A stretch of DNA of 64,000 bases from Terrimicrobiaceae bacterium (lineage in GTDB: Bacteria > Verrucomicrobiota > Verrucomicrobiia > Chthoniobacterales > Terrimicrobiaceae): the NCBI GenBank assembly GCA_041741775.1, contig JBGSJQ010000095.1, positions 4,154 to 68,153 on the forward strand. Direction: 5' to 3'. Position 1 is the first letter of the stretch. Each line of letters opens with the position of its first letter. Under the pieces are notes generated by a model, which was not told the origin of the DNA, did not search any database, and saw nothing but the letters and a program-made list of their open reading frames with translations. Shown piece after piece: positions 53,577 to 62,858 of this stretch. Made by a program: the position numbers and the translations under genes.

Positions 53577-54542
53577 TCATGAGGCGGCCGGATTTCCCTG
53601 CTCGGCGCTGATCAATCGCTCGATAATCCCGCTAAAATCGACGGCGGCTTTCCAGCCGAGGAGGCAGCGTGACTTTTCGGGATCGCCGACGCTGTAGGCG
53701 ATGTCTGTGGGCCGCAGAAGGGAGGGGTCGGAATCCACATGTTCAGCTGCTCTCAGGCCAAGGCGACCGAAGACTTCCTCGACGAACTCCCTGAGCGAAT
53801 GCATCCGTCCGGTGGCGATGACGAAGTCCTCGGGTGTCGGGTGCTGGAGGATACGCCACATGGCATCCACGTATTCCGGCGCCCACCCCCAATCGCGGTG
53901 GATGTCGAGGTTGCCGAGCTTAAGCCGCTCTCCGGACCCCGTGGCGATACGCACGGCTGCGGAAACGATTTTGCGTGTCACAAACCGCCGGGGGCGCAGC
54001 GGGGACTCGTGGTTGAAGAGGATGCCCGTCGAGGCGAAGAGACCATAGGCCTCACGATAGTTGGCAACGGCATAGTGTGCAGCGGCCTTCGCTGTGGCAT
54101 AGGGACTGCGCGGGTGGAAGTGGCTCTTCTCGCTTGCGGGTTGCAAGGAGTTCCCAAAAACCTCACTCGAACCCGCGTTGTAGAATTTGACCGGATACTT
54201 CAAGAGCCGGATGCACTCGAGGATGTTGATCGTGCCAACGGAGATGCTCTCAAAGGTCTCGACCGGATAGGAAAACGAAAGCCCGACGGACGTCTGCCCC
54301 CCCAAGTTGTAAATCTCGTCAGGTTGGATTGCCTGCAATACGGCGAGAACACTTCGAAAATCCCCCGAGGAGAGCGAGTGGAAAGACACCTGTTCGCGGA
54401 TGCCCAGCGCCAGGAGATTACGAAACGACGAACTCTCGTGATCGCGGGATGTTCCGTGGACCTCGTAGCCCTTTCTCAGCAGGAACCCGGCAATGTAGGC
54501 TCCGTCCTGACCGGAGACACCGATGATGAGCGCCTTCTTCAT
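53577..54542 (-). CDS. gmd: GDP-mannose 4,6-dehydratase (short form)
   Basis: MKKALIIGVSGQDGAYIAGFLL, SSEVFG, SPYATAKAAAH, FNHESPLR and LGNLDIHRDWGWAPEYV. Confidence 0.9.
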   Translation of the reverse strand: MKKALIIGVSGQDGAYIAGFLLRKGYEVHGTSRDHESSSFRNLLALGIREQVSFHSLSSGDFRSVLAVLQAIQPDEIYNLGGQTSVGLSFSYPVETFESISVGTINILECIRLLKYPVKFYNAGSSEVFGNSLQPASEKSHFHPRSPYATAKAAAHYAVANYREAYGLFASTGILFNHESPLRPRRFVTRKIVSAAVRIATGSGERLKLGNLDIHRDWGWAPEYVDAMWRILQHPTPEDFVIATGRMHSLREFVEEVFGRLGLRAAEHVDSDPSLLRPTDIAYSVGDPEKSRCLLGWKAAVDFSGIIERLISAEQGNPAAS

Positions 54543-54572
54543 TCCTCCCTGGGTTTCAATTGGTGCGCCGTC

Positions 54573-54998
54573 TTAATACTGCCGCTCGTAATCTTCCGGA
54601 TTTTTCTCCCTATCGAGCGGAACCCAATAGGAATCAAGCGCTCGTCGTTTGATGCGAAGCGGATCGTGGCCGAACACGCGCATAACCGTTCCGATGGGGA
54701 AAAAGACGAGGAAGTAGAAGGCCCCGAACATGAGCGGAAACATGATTTTGTGCATCACCACGGCGAGCCCCATCCACGCCCAGTAGAGAGGAACGACGAC
54801 TCGCCAGCCAAGGATCGCCGGAACCCCGATCAAGACGGCCCCGCCCATCAGCCACATCCCAGCATCGAAATTTCTGTGCAGCAGCCACGCAAACGGCCAG
54901 AACGCCTTGAGGAGCCCGATCAGGCCGAATCCAATGAGGATCACCCAGCCGAACCCGCGCAGATCTTTTGCAGATGGATTCCAACGGATATCAATCAT
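54573..54998 (-). CDS. SxtJ family membrane protein
   Basis: 141 aa, 4 TM helices. DLRGFGWVILIGFGLIG... Sits in the position typical of SxtJ homologs, beside a carbamoyltransferase and a DUF5989 gene. Confidence 0.65.
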   Translation of the reverse strand: MIDIRWNPSAKDLRGFGWVILIGFGLIGLLKAFWPFAWLLHRNFDAGMWLMGGAVLIGVPAILGWRVVVPLYWAWMGLAVVMHKIMFPLMFGAFYFLVFFPIGTVMRVFGHDPLRIKRRALDSYWVPLDREKNPEDYERQY

Positions 54999-55162
54999 CA
55001 GAAAAGCGTGTAGATGAACGGTGCCGCGGCGGGGCTGATGGTGGCCAGGGCAATCAGGGCGGCGAAAATGATGGCGATTACCAGAATGGGAATGAGCCAG
55101 TAGGCCTTGTGCTTGGTCAGGAACCCGACGAGCTCGGAGATGATGTTGTTTCTTTTGGCCAT
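54998..55162 (-). CDS. DUF5989-like small membrane protein (54 aa; below the ORF-track length cutoff)
   Basis: My hand translation gives MAKRNNIISELVGFLTKHKAYWLIPILVIAIIFAALIALATISPAAAPFIYTLF. The TGATG junction overlaps the SxtJ start by 1 nt. Confidence 0.7.
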   Translation of the reverse strand: MAKRNNIISELVGFLTKHKAYWLIPILVIAIIFAALIALATISPAAAPFIYTLF

Positions 55163-55191
55163 GGAGTTTGTATGGGTGTTAAATTGTATGG

Positions 55192-57018
55192 TCAGTCAAG
55201 GTGAAAGCAGGCCTTGTACTCATCGGCACCCGGCATATGCGGTTGATCTTCCTTGAGGAAAATCCTGTTCTCGATGACCAGCGCGTCCATGTCGGTGAAC
55301 ATGAAACACCTGTAGGCATCGGCCGGCGTTCCGACGATTGGCTCCCCGCGGATGTTGAAACTGGTGTTGACCAGGACACCATACCCGGTCAGCGCCTGGA
55401 AGGACTTGATCAGATGGTAAAACCGCGGGTTGCGGTCCTCGTCCACCGTCTGAACACGGGCCGAGTAGTCGATGTGCGTCACGGAGGGGATGTCGGAGCG
55501 GATGTCGTTCAACTGCTCGATCCCGAACTTTGCGCCTTCCCCTTCCGGGCGCTGATTCCTGCGTTCTTTTTTCACCGGCGCGACCAGCAGCATGTAGGGG
55601 CTGTCGGCATCAAGTTCGAAATACTCGGACACGCATTCGCGGAGCACCGCCGGCGCAAATGGACGGAAAGACTCGCGAAACTTGATCTTGAGGTTGAGGA
55701 TCGCCTGCATCTTCGTATTCCGGGGGTCTCCGAGAATGCTCCGGCCCCCGAGCGCCCTCGGCCCGAATTCGGCGCGTCCCTGAAACATCCCGACAACCTT
55801 GCCGTCGGCCAGCAAACCGGCCACGAGAGCGCAGAGTTCGGACTCGCTCTCGCACAGCCGCGATTTTGAGGGGTGCTTCTCCAGGTCGGCAACGATCTCT
55901 TCATCAGAGAACCTTGGCCCGAGAAAGGAGCCCTTCATGGTGTCGCTGCCACTTGACTTCCTCTCGTTGCCGGCGATTTGATGCCATCCGAACAGCGCAG
56001 CTCCGAGCGCCCCGCCGGCGTCACCCGCGGCGGGCTGAATCCAGATCGACTCGAATGGCCCTTCGCGGAGAAGGCGGCCATTTGCCACACAGTTCAGCGC
56101 CACCCCGCCAGCGAGACAAAGGTTTTTCATTCCGGTCTGGGCATGCACATGGCGGCCGCAGCGCAGCATCACCTCTTCGGCTACCGCCTGAATGCTTGCG
56201 GCGAGATCCATCTCACGCTGGGTCAGCCGGCTCTCCTGCGTGCGGGGCAGTCCGCCGAACAACCTGTGGAACTTCCCGTTTGTCATTGTCAGGCCCTGGC
56301 AATAGTTGAAGTAGCTCTGGTCGAGCCAGAAGGAGCCGTCCTCCTTCAAATCGAGGAGATGGTCGTAGATCAGTTTCGTATACTTCGGCGTTCCATACGG
56401 AGCGAGTCCCATGACCTTGTATTCGCCTGAGTTGACTTTGAACCCGGTGTAATAAGTGAATGCGCTGTAGAGCAGACCGATGGAGTGGGGGAAACGGATC
56501 TCGTTTTTTAGCGAAATGAGGTTTCCTTTTCCCTCGCCCCACGTCGCAGTGCTCCATTCGCCCACCCCATCGAGAGTCAGAATCGCTGCTTCCGGATAAG
56601 GGGACGGGAAAAATGCGCTCGCTGCGTGGCTCTCATGGTGCGAGACGAAGTAAATCGGGCCGTGGAAATTGTTGTGAAAGCCATTGTCGATTTCCCTGGG
56701 CAGGAAAAGTTTCTGCTTCAGCCAAAGCGGCATGGCGAGAAAGAACGACCTCAGTCCCTGCGGGGCAAAAGCCAGATACGTCTCTAGAAGGCGGGCAAAC
56801 TTCAGGACCGGCTTGTCGTAGAACACAACCGCGTCCAGTGTAGACGCAGTCAGTCCCGCCTCCCGAAGGCAGAATTCAATGGCATTGGAGGGGAATCGGA
56901 AGTCATGCTTGACGCGCGTGAATCTCTCCTCTTGCGCTGCCGCAACAATCTTTCCATCAACCACTAACGCGGCAGCACTGTCGTGATAAAATGCGGAAAG
57001 ACCGAGTATAGACTTCAT
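55192..57018 (-). CDS. Carbamoyltransferase (NodU/CmcH family)
   Basis: MKSILGLSAFYHDSAAALVVDGKIVAAAQEERFTRVKHD and VNTSFN. The ORF track start at 57051 is also possible. Confidence 0.9.
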   Translation of the reverse strand: MKSILGLSAFYHDSAAALVVDGKIVAAAQEERFTRVKHDFRFPSNAIEFCLREAGLTASTLDAVVFYDKPVLKFARLLETYLAFAPQGLRSFFLAMPLWLKQKLFLPREIDNGFHNNFHGPIYFVSHHESHAASAFFPSPYPEAAILTLDGVGEWSTATWGEGKGNLISLKNEIRFPHSIGLLYSAFTYYTGFKVNSGEYKVMGLAPYGTPKYTKLIYDHLLDLKEDGSFWLDQSYFNYCQGLTMTNGKFHRLFGGLPRTQESRLTQREMDLAASIQAVAEEVMLRCGRHVHAQTGMKNLCLAGGVALNCVANGRLLREGPFESIWIQPAAGDAGGALGAALFGWHQIAGNERKSSGSDTMKGSFLGPRFSDEEIVADLEKHPSKSRLCESESELCALVAGLLADGKVVGMFQGRAEFGPRALGGRSILGDPRNTKMQAILNLKIKFRESFRPFAPAVLRECVSEYFELDADSPYMLLVAPVKKERRNQRPEGEGAKFGIEQLNDIRSDIPSVTHIDYSARVQTVDEDRNPRFYHLIKSFQALTGYGVLVNTSFNIRGEPIVGTPADAYRCFMFTDMDALVIENRIFLKEDQPHMPGADEYKACFHLD

Positions 57019-57162
57019 GGAAAAGAGTGCAGACTTATCTGCCAGCCCCAAGGGTTAATCAAGGGTAAAGTTTTTTTGCTCCTGCCGGCAACATTTCAGG
57101 TCAAAATTCTCCATGGAACGCAGCAACTCTGCAGGGCATGACCAAAAGGTCCATGGCTACCG

Positions 57163-58395
57163 TCAGACCCGCAGCGCGGCCACGCGTTCAAAACCATCCA
57201 GAGCAAATTGAAGTGTGTATGAACGCACGTATGCAGAACGCGCATTTTCACCCATCCTTACGGCCGAGTCCGGGTCCCGGGACAGAGATCGGATGGCGTT
57301 GGCCAGTGCTTCGGCGTCACCAGGGGAAACCCGAAGGCCACAGCTCTCCTCGCGAATGACCCGCGCTGCTTCGGAATTCTCTGGAACAGCTCCTACGACG
57401 CAACGGCCTGAGGCGAGAATCCCGTAGAGTTTGCAGGGAACCGCGATCCCTTCAAGGCCTTCGCGCTGCGAAATCAACGCCACATGGCAGGCCGACAGCG
57501 AATCGGCAAGGCTCGTCTTCGGAAGAAAAGGAAGCCAGATCATGTTTTTCAGCCCTTCCTTCTCTGCCAGCGACTCAGCAGCGGCACGGCGCATTCCCGA
57601 TCCGATCATGAGAAAGCGGATCTGGCTCTCATTCTTTAGCAGCGCGGCCGCCCGAACGATTTGCTCGATATCGTGCCAGAGCCCCATGTTTCCCGAGTAT
57701 TGGACCACAAAGCATTTCTCAAGCCGTTGTCGGCGAACCAGCGCGGAGGCCTTAAATGCGACTGGCTCAGCAACCTCAACTGGACTCCAATGCGGCACGA
57801 CAACCACATTACCAGAGGGCAGCGCGTAGGAAGAAAGCAGCCGTTCCCGCATGTCCCGCCCGAGAACCAATGTAAATTCCGAACCGGCAAAAGCAAACCG
57901 GTTGAGCCGCCTCCACACCCGGGCGACGATGCCATCGGTCAAGTTGCCCACCTCAACCAGGCCCTCCGGGTAGAGATCCTGCACCTCGATTGCATAGCGG
58001 CCGTTCCGGAGTTTCCGGACCAGCGAAGCAACGATGGGAAGAAACGGCGGATTGGTGACGATGAGTGCGAGGCGCTGCGGTTCCCGTAACAACTCCCGTG
58101 TGGCCCCGGCGAGATAGGCCGCATAGTGGGCTGCACGGCGGGCCAGGGAACGCTTGAAATCCAACCGCAAACCCACACGGCGAATCTCAACCCCCCTCCA
58201 GGTTTCGCGCGACGGGGCAGGGACACTTTCCTGCCTCGGAGGAAAACCGCAGACGACCCGGATCTGCCACCCTCTTGCAGCAAGGGCGGCCGTCCAATCG
58301 GCAAAAAGTTGGGAGGTTGATTGTTCGTCAGGATAAAAAACCTGACAGAACAAGGTCAACTGCTTGGTGTTCCCACCGGCCCGAACAATGCTCAA
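57163..58395 (-). CDS. Glycosyltransferase family 4 (WbuB/WcaI-like)
   Basis: LTLFCQVFYPDEQSTSQLFADW...RGWQIRVVCGFP is a typical WbuB/WcaI-type N-terminus. Confidence 0.85.
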   Translation of the reverse strand: MSIVRAGGNTKQLTLFCQVFYPDEQSTSQLFADWTAALAARGWQIRVVCGFPPRQESVPAPSRETWRGVEIRRVGLRLDFKRSLARRAAHYAAYLAGATRELLREPQRLALIVTNPPFLPIVASLVRKLRNGRYAIEVQDLYPEGLVEVGNLTDGIVARVWRRLNRFAFAGSEFTLVLGRDMRERLLSSYALPSGNVVVVPHWSPVEVAEPVAFKASALVRRQRLEKCFVVQYSGNMGLWHDIEQIVRAAALLKNESQIRFLMIGSGMRRAAAESLAEKEGLKNMIWLPFLPKTSLADSLSACHVALISQREGLEGIAVPCKLYGILASGRCVVGAVPENSEAARVIREESCGLRVSPGDAEALANAIRSLSRDPDSAVRMGENARSAYVRSYTLQFALDGFERVAALRV

Positions 58396-58952
58396 TGCGA
58401 AACCCCCTCGCTGCGGAGAGCTTTTAGAAATGTCATGGCAAGAATCTTGAAATCAAAAGCCATCGACATGCGCTTCATATATTCTGCGTCAAAGCCAACC
58501 TTGACCGGGATCGGCAGCTCATCGCGCCCGTTGATCTGGGCCCAGCCCGTCAAGCCAGGCAGCAGGGCGTCTACTCCTGCACTGGTGCGAAGCGCTATTA
58601 AATCCTGCTGATTGAAAAGCGCTGGGCGTGGACCCACGAAGCTCATGTCTCCTTTCAGGATGCTCCAGAGCTGCGGCAACTCATCCAGACTCGTCTTGCG
58701 CAAAAATTTTCCGACCGGGGTGATGAAGGCCTCCGCCGAAGTCAGCAGGTGGGTTGCCACCTGCGGAGTATCAGTCCGCATCGTTCGAAATTTTGGCATC
58801 AAAAAAAGAATGTTCCGGCGTCCGACGCGCTTCGACCAGTGAAGCGCGGGACCCGGCGAGGTCAGGCGGACGCTCAAGACCAGAAGAATCAGCACCGGCA
58901 TCAGGGCCAGGAGGAGCACACTCGAAAGGGCTGCGTCAAAAAGGCGTTTCAT
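58392..58952 (-). CDS. Small monotopic phosphoglycosyl transferase (PglC/WbaP C-terminal type sugar transferase)
   Basis: MKRLFDAALSSVLLLALMPVLILL..., KFRTM, and DELPQLWSILKGDMSFVGPRP. Confidence 0.9.
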   Translation of the reverse strand: MKRLFDAALSSVLLLALMPVLILLVLSVRLTSPGPALHWSKRVGRRNILFLMPKFRTMRTDTPQVATHLLTSAEAFITPVGKFLRKTSLDELPQLWSILKGDMSFVGPRPALFNQQDLIALRTSAGVDALLPGLTGWAQINGRDELPIPVKVGFDAEYMKRMSMAFDFKILAMTFLKALRSEGVSH

Positions 58953-58964
58953 GGCGAATATTCC

Positions 58965-60482
58965 TTACCGGGACAGAAGTCCCAAGACTCTTCTTTTCAC
59001 ATCGCCATCAAGGGTTTTCCATTGGAAAAATGCAGCTAGAAGAATGCTGAAAACGGCAGCCCCCACACCCCAGCGGGTATAGGAAGGAAATTGCGCACAC
59101 ACGAAAAGCCCGACCCCCATCGCCCCGATTTGGGAGAGGGAGAGAAGGACCGGAATCATTGGGATCCCTCCGCCCATTTCCCTGATGCAGCGGCGCGCCG
59201 AAAAATAGTAGATCGCCGCAGCCAACGCCTCCCCGGCCAGGAGACTCATTCCGGCCATCGCGATCCCGCCCTGCTTTAATAGAACCCAGGCAAGCGAGAG
59301 TGTGACAAGGGCGCGGAGAAGAACTGCGATCGTCTGGGGCGGAAGAAGGTTCACCCCGTGTAAATACGTTTGAAGAGGCGTGCCCCACTGACGAAAACAA
59401 ACCGCCAACACGACAAAGGAAAACAGGATCGGATCGAAGGGCAGGGCTTTGCGCGTCCAAAAGGTGTAGAGCGGTTCAAGGACCGGGGCTCCGGCGCTGA
59501 ACCCCAGGCAGACGAGGGTCCCCGCAGCCAACCAGACAAAACCGAATACGGCTGCCAGCTTCTCAGGCTCGCGACGGAAATGATAGCGGACCACATCCGG
59601 CATCACCGGATACAAAATCACCGACACCCCCTGGAGAGCCGTATTTGCAACGGTGCGGATGGTTGTAAAAACCGCCACTTCAACCGGGGCCAGCATTCCC
59701 ATGACCAGAAGAACAAGTCCACTCGATGTCATCTGCTCCAGCAGGCCGTTCACTGTGAGAACAAGCGAAGCCCGGAAGTTCTTCCAGGCCAACCTCACGT
59801 CCCCGCCTTTCCACCAGGGATAGAGCTCCGGCCACAGCCGTCGCACGTCCCAGAACATATACAGGTTGCAAAGCCCCCATGCCCCAATTTGAGCCAGCAT
59901 CGCACCGGCGATCGAAGCGCCCAAAGCGGCCGCCCCCACCAAGGCTAAAAAGCCTGCGAGGTAGTAGAAGATGGCGATCACCTGAGCGCGGGCGAAAAGC
60001 CCGGCAGGCTGGTAAAGCCTCGCCAAGACCCCTCCCACGGATCCTTGGGCCACCCAGAAAAAGAGGTAGCCAAAAAACGCGATCCGGAAAGCCTCCCTGT
60101 CAGCCCCCACCGGAGCCGGTCCGCTCAGCCATTCGATCCGCCCGAAAAAAAACAGAACGACGCCAGCCAGAAGCTCGACCAATGCGATGGCAAATGCGCA
60201 CAGAACGCCGGAGGCAAAGACGGATTTCAGGAGCTGCCTGTCTTCGACCCAATACCGGTTGAAGAGGTTGCCGACAAAACTCTGGTGGCCGATATCGAGC
60301 CTCGTCACCAGAGAAGTCGCCGCGACAACAGCCATCCACATTCCAAACTCGCCAGGGCTCCAGAAATGCAGCAGAACAGGAACCTGAACGAGCGTCTGAA
60401 TCATCGACAGGGCGAAGGAGACGCCCGCCAAAATGGATCCCGCCGCCACCCGCCGCTCGACTGGAACAGAAGTCCGGCTCAA
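58965..60482 (-). CDS. Oligosaccharide flippase (Wzx-like, MOP superfamily)
   Basis: 505 aa, about 12-14 TM helices. The N-terminus resembles a polysaccharide biosynthesis protein (Polysacc_synt). Cluster context. Confidence 0.75.
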   Translation of the reverse strand: MSRTSVPVERRVAAGSILAGVSFALSMIQTLVQVPVLLHFWSPGEFGMWMAVVAATSLVTRLDIGHQSFVGNLFNRYWVEDRQLLKSVFASGVLCAFAIALVELLAGVVLFFFGRIEWLSGPAPVGADREAFRIAFFGYLFFWVAQGSVGGVLARLYQPAGLFARAQVIAIFYYLAGFLALVGAAALGASIAGAMLAQIGAWGLCNLYMFWDVRRLWPELYPWWKGGDVRLAWKNFRASLVLTVNGLLEQMTSSGLVLLVMGMLAPVEVAVFTTIRTVANTALQGVSVILYPVMPDVVRYHFRREPEKLAAVFGFVWLAAGTLVCLGFSAGAPVLEPLYTFWTRKALPFDPILFSFVVLAVCFRQWGTPLQTYLHGVNLLPPQTIAVLLRALVTLSLAWVLLKQGGIAMAGMSLLAGEALAAAIYYFSARRCIREMGGGIPMIPVLLSLSQIGAMGVGLFVCAQFPSYTRWGVGAAVFSILLAAFFQWKTLDGDVKRRVLGLLSR

Positions 60483-61159
60483 CGCGGTTGGGAGTCGTTT
60501 GCTGGCCGTGCCGAATAAATCATCTGGTGACCAAAAAGCCCCGGGAACTTGGCGGATGCCCAGGCATCAACCGGTCGGGTTATCGCCTTGGAAAAAAGCT
60601 GCCGCCGGAATGGAATCGGGAACGACCCCTCCGCTTCCGCGCTCACAACCTCAAACCCGTTGCGAGCCAGGAGATGTTGTGCGCTCTGAAACGTATACCA
60701 ACGGAAATGTGTGTTGTCCATGAGGCCGGACTCCTCGTATTCGAGGCGGCCCGTTAGGATGCGCCACCGGTTCTTGTAAAAAAGCATGTTCGGGAGGCCC
60801 ACGACAAGAAGTCCTCCCGGGGCGAGACGGTCACGGATATCGTGTAAAAGCCTCTCCGGCCAGCAGATATGTTCGAGCACATGCGAACACAGAACGCAAT
60901 CATAGCGGCCGGAAAGCTCCGCAGGCAGGCCTTTCTCCAAATTGTGAATCACCACGCGGCGACAGAATGGCGCGGCTTCATCACGCTCGGTCGGGCTCAG
61001 GGTCACCCCATCCACAACGATCCCCGAATCCTTCAGAATTCTCGCATTGTCTCCTGCCCCGCAACCCACATCCAGAAGAGTGCGCACCGATGCCGGAACA
61101 AGCCGAAGGACGCTGGTGTTGCCGGCGTTCTTGTAGGATTTTTTGTCAACAGCTTCCAT
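60479..61159 (-). CDS. Class I SAM-dependent methyltransferase
   Basis: LLDVGCGAGDNARIL, YDCVLCSHVLEHI and LAPGGLLVV. Confidence 0.85.
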   Translation of the reverse strand: MEAVDKKSYKNAGNTSVLRLVPASVRTLLDVGCGAGDNARILKDSGIVVDGVTLSPTERDEAAPFCRRVVIHNLEKGLPAELSGRYDCVLCSHVLEHICWPERLLHDIRDRLAPGGLLVVGLPNMLFYKNRWRILTGRLEYEESGLMDNTHFRWYTFQSAQHLLARNGFEVVSAEAEGSFPIPFRRQLFSKAITRPVDAWASAKFPGLFGHQMIYSARPANDSQPR

Positions 61160-61171
61160 CGTGATTAAATC

Positions 61172-61942
61172 TCATGGCTTGAGCTGATAATACCATCGCC
61201 CGTATAATTCGCGTATCGCGATTTCTGATGCTGCCAGAGCAGCGGAATTTGGCACAAGATCCATGAAACCGACGCGCCATGAGGGAGATCTCTTGAAGTC
61301 CACAGGAAATGGGATGACTTCCATGCCGGCCTTTTCAAAGAGCCGCCTGGCACGCGGCATGTGGAAAGCCGAAGTCACGAGTAAAATCCGTGGCAGGCGG
61401 GCAGGTGGATGTCCGTCTTTTTGGAGACGTTCGCCAAGAACTTGTGCGACGCCCATTGCCTCTTCTGCGGTGTTGGAGACTTTCCGGGTCGTCAGCATCG
61501 CCTGCGTTGGAATACCAAGCACCCCTGCCTGCTCGATCAGGACCTCTCCTTCGGGTCGCGCCGCAGCATCCCAGGGGAGCCATCCCCCCGTAAAAATCAG
61601 TAAGGGGGCCTTTCCCGCATAAAACAACTGCACGCCACCCAAAAAGCGATCCGGATCCATCCATTCAACGACCTTGCCCTTGCCCTGCTCCCTGACGCCG
61701 GCACCGCTCAGAACAACAATGGCATCCGCCATCTGGGCCTCGGTCGCCGAGAGCCGCTCCATGTTTCTTTCCATGAAGTGAAACAGGGATTTTGAAACAA
61801 CCGGCGTGCTGAAAAATATGAGCACGCACAGTCCCGCCAAAATGATGCCCGTTCGCTTCATGAGCAAACCAGCCGCCAATAGAAGGATCGCCAGCGTGAG
61901 TGGCATGAAAAAAAATGGCAGGAATTTGTGGAGGAAAATCAT
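61172..61942 (-). CDS. YdcF/ElyC (DUF218) family protein
   Basis: N-terminal TM helices, AIVVLSGAG, and LLVTSAFHMPRARRLFEKAG. Confidence 0.8.
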   Translation of the reverse strand: MIFLHKFLPFFFMPLTLAILLLAAGLLMKRTGIILAGLCVLIFFSTPVVSKSLFHFMERNMERLSATEAQMADAIVVLSGAGVREQGKGKVVEWMDPDRFLGGVQLFYAGKAPLLIFTGGWLPWDAAARPEGEVLIEQAGVLGIPTQAMLTTRKVSNTAEEAMGVAQVLGERLQKDGHPPARLPRILLVTSAFHMPRARRLFEKAGMEVIPFPVDFKRSPSWRVGFMDLVPNSAALAASEIAIRELYGRWYYQLKP

Positions 61943-62853
61943 CGGGTGCCCCGCGACACGTCCCTGGGGGCAACCGTATTCAAAAGAACTCCGGGCAAAT
62001 GGGAAACGCCCCGCTGCATTCTTAGCCTGTCATGTTCCCTCAAGCCGCTTGCCATGTGGCGGGTCCACCTCTGGAGTAGATTGAAATACTGTCTGAGCAG
62101 ACAACCCCTCACATCCTTTTCGCTTCTTTTGCAATACAGCCGGATCGCACTCTCCATCATCCTGTGCTGGATGAACACCTTCCCCCAGTCGAAGCCGCGA
62201 AGTGGCGTCTCTCCCTCATCCGTTTTGATCAACGGAAGGTCCACATATGCCATGTCGTGGTGCAGCGAAATTCTCATCCACATGTCCACATCCGCCCAGT
62301 TGCGGAACTCCTCGCGAAAGGGCAGCAGATCCTCATATACCGACTTCCTCACCATCGCGGTGCCCCAGATGAGGGAGCTCCATTTGTGCAAAAAATGTTT
62401 TTCAAAAAAAGAGATGCCGTCACTTATCGGTGGGATGGCCGGATTGAGCCAAAGCTTCGGTTCAGGCGCCCCGGGAATGGGCGACTCCAATCCGCAGTAA
62501 ACCATCCCGGCAGATGGATTCTGGATCAGAGCCTCCGCCCAGAGCTCGATGAGCCGGGGATCAAACTCATCCGCGTCGTGAAGGTTGGCGATGAAGTCGC
62601 CGGAAGCTTGGGAAATGACAGCATTCAAGTTGGCCGGCATGTTCAGGTTCTTTTCGTTCCGGTGGTAGACGAAATGCGGAAACCGGTTCTGCCAGGCCCG
62701 GGTGACCTCCGTGGGATCGTTTGGAGAGCAATCGTCCCAGAGGAAAACTTCGTCGGGCATCTTTGTTTGGCGGGCGAGCGACTCGAGCGTGGCGCCAAGC
62801 TTTTCCGGACGGTTGTAGTGCGTGATGCAGACGCTGATGCGTGGCTGTGACAT
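61939..62853 (-). CDS. Glycosyltransferase family 2
   Basis: ISVCITHYNRPEKLGATLESLARQT...LWDDCS and HDADE. Confidence 0.85.
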   Translation of the reverse strand: MSQPRISVCITHYNRPEKLGATLESLARQTKMPDEVFLWDDCSPNDPTEVTRAWQNRFPHFVYHRNEKNLNMPANLNAVISQASGDFIANLHDADEFDPRLIELWAEALIQNPSAGMVYCGLESPIPGAPEPKLWLNPAIPPISDGISFFEKHFLHKWSSLIWGTAMVRKSVYEDLLPFREEFRNWADVDMWMRISLHHDMAYVDLPLIKTDEGETPLRGFDWGKVFIQHRMMESAIRLYCKRSEKDVRGCLLRQYFNLLQRWTRHMASGLREHDRLRMQRGVSHLPGVLLNTVAPRDVSRGTR

Positions 62854-62858
62854 GGCGC

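Noticed and set aside
54573-57018. Saxitoxin-like toxin cluster, suggested by SxtJ and a carbamoyltransferase (SxtI-like)
   Set aside because: No other sxt genes (sxtA polyketide-like synthase, amidinotransferase and so on) are present. The triad also occurs in polysaccharide loci, which fits this context.
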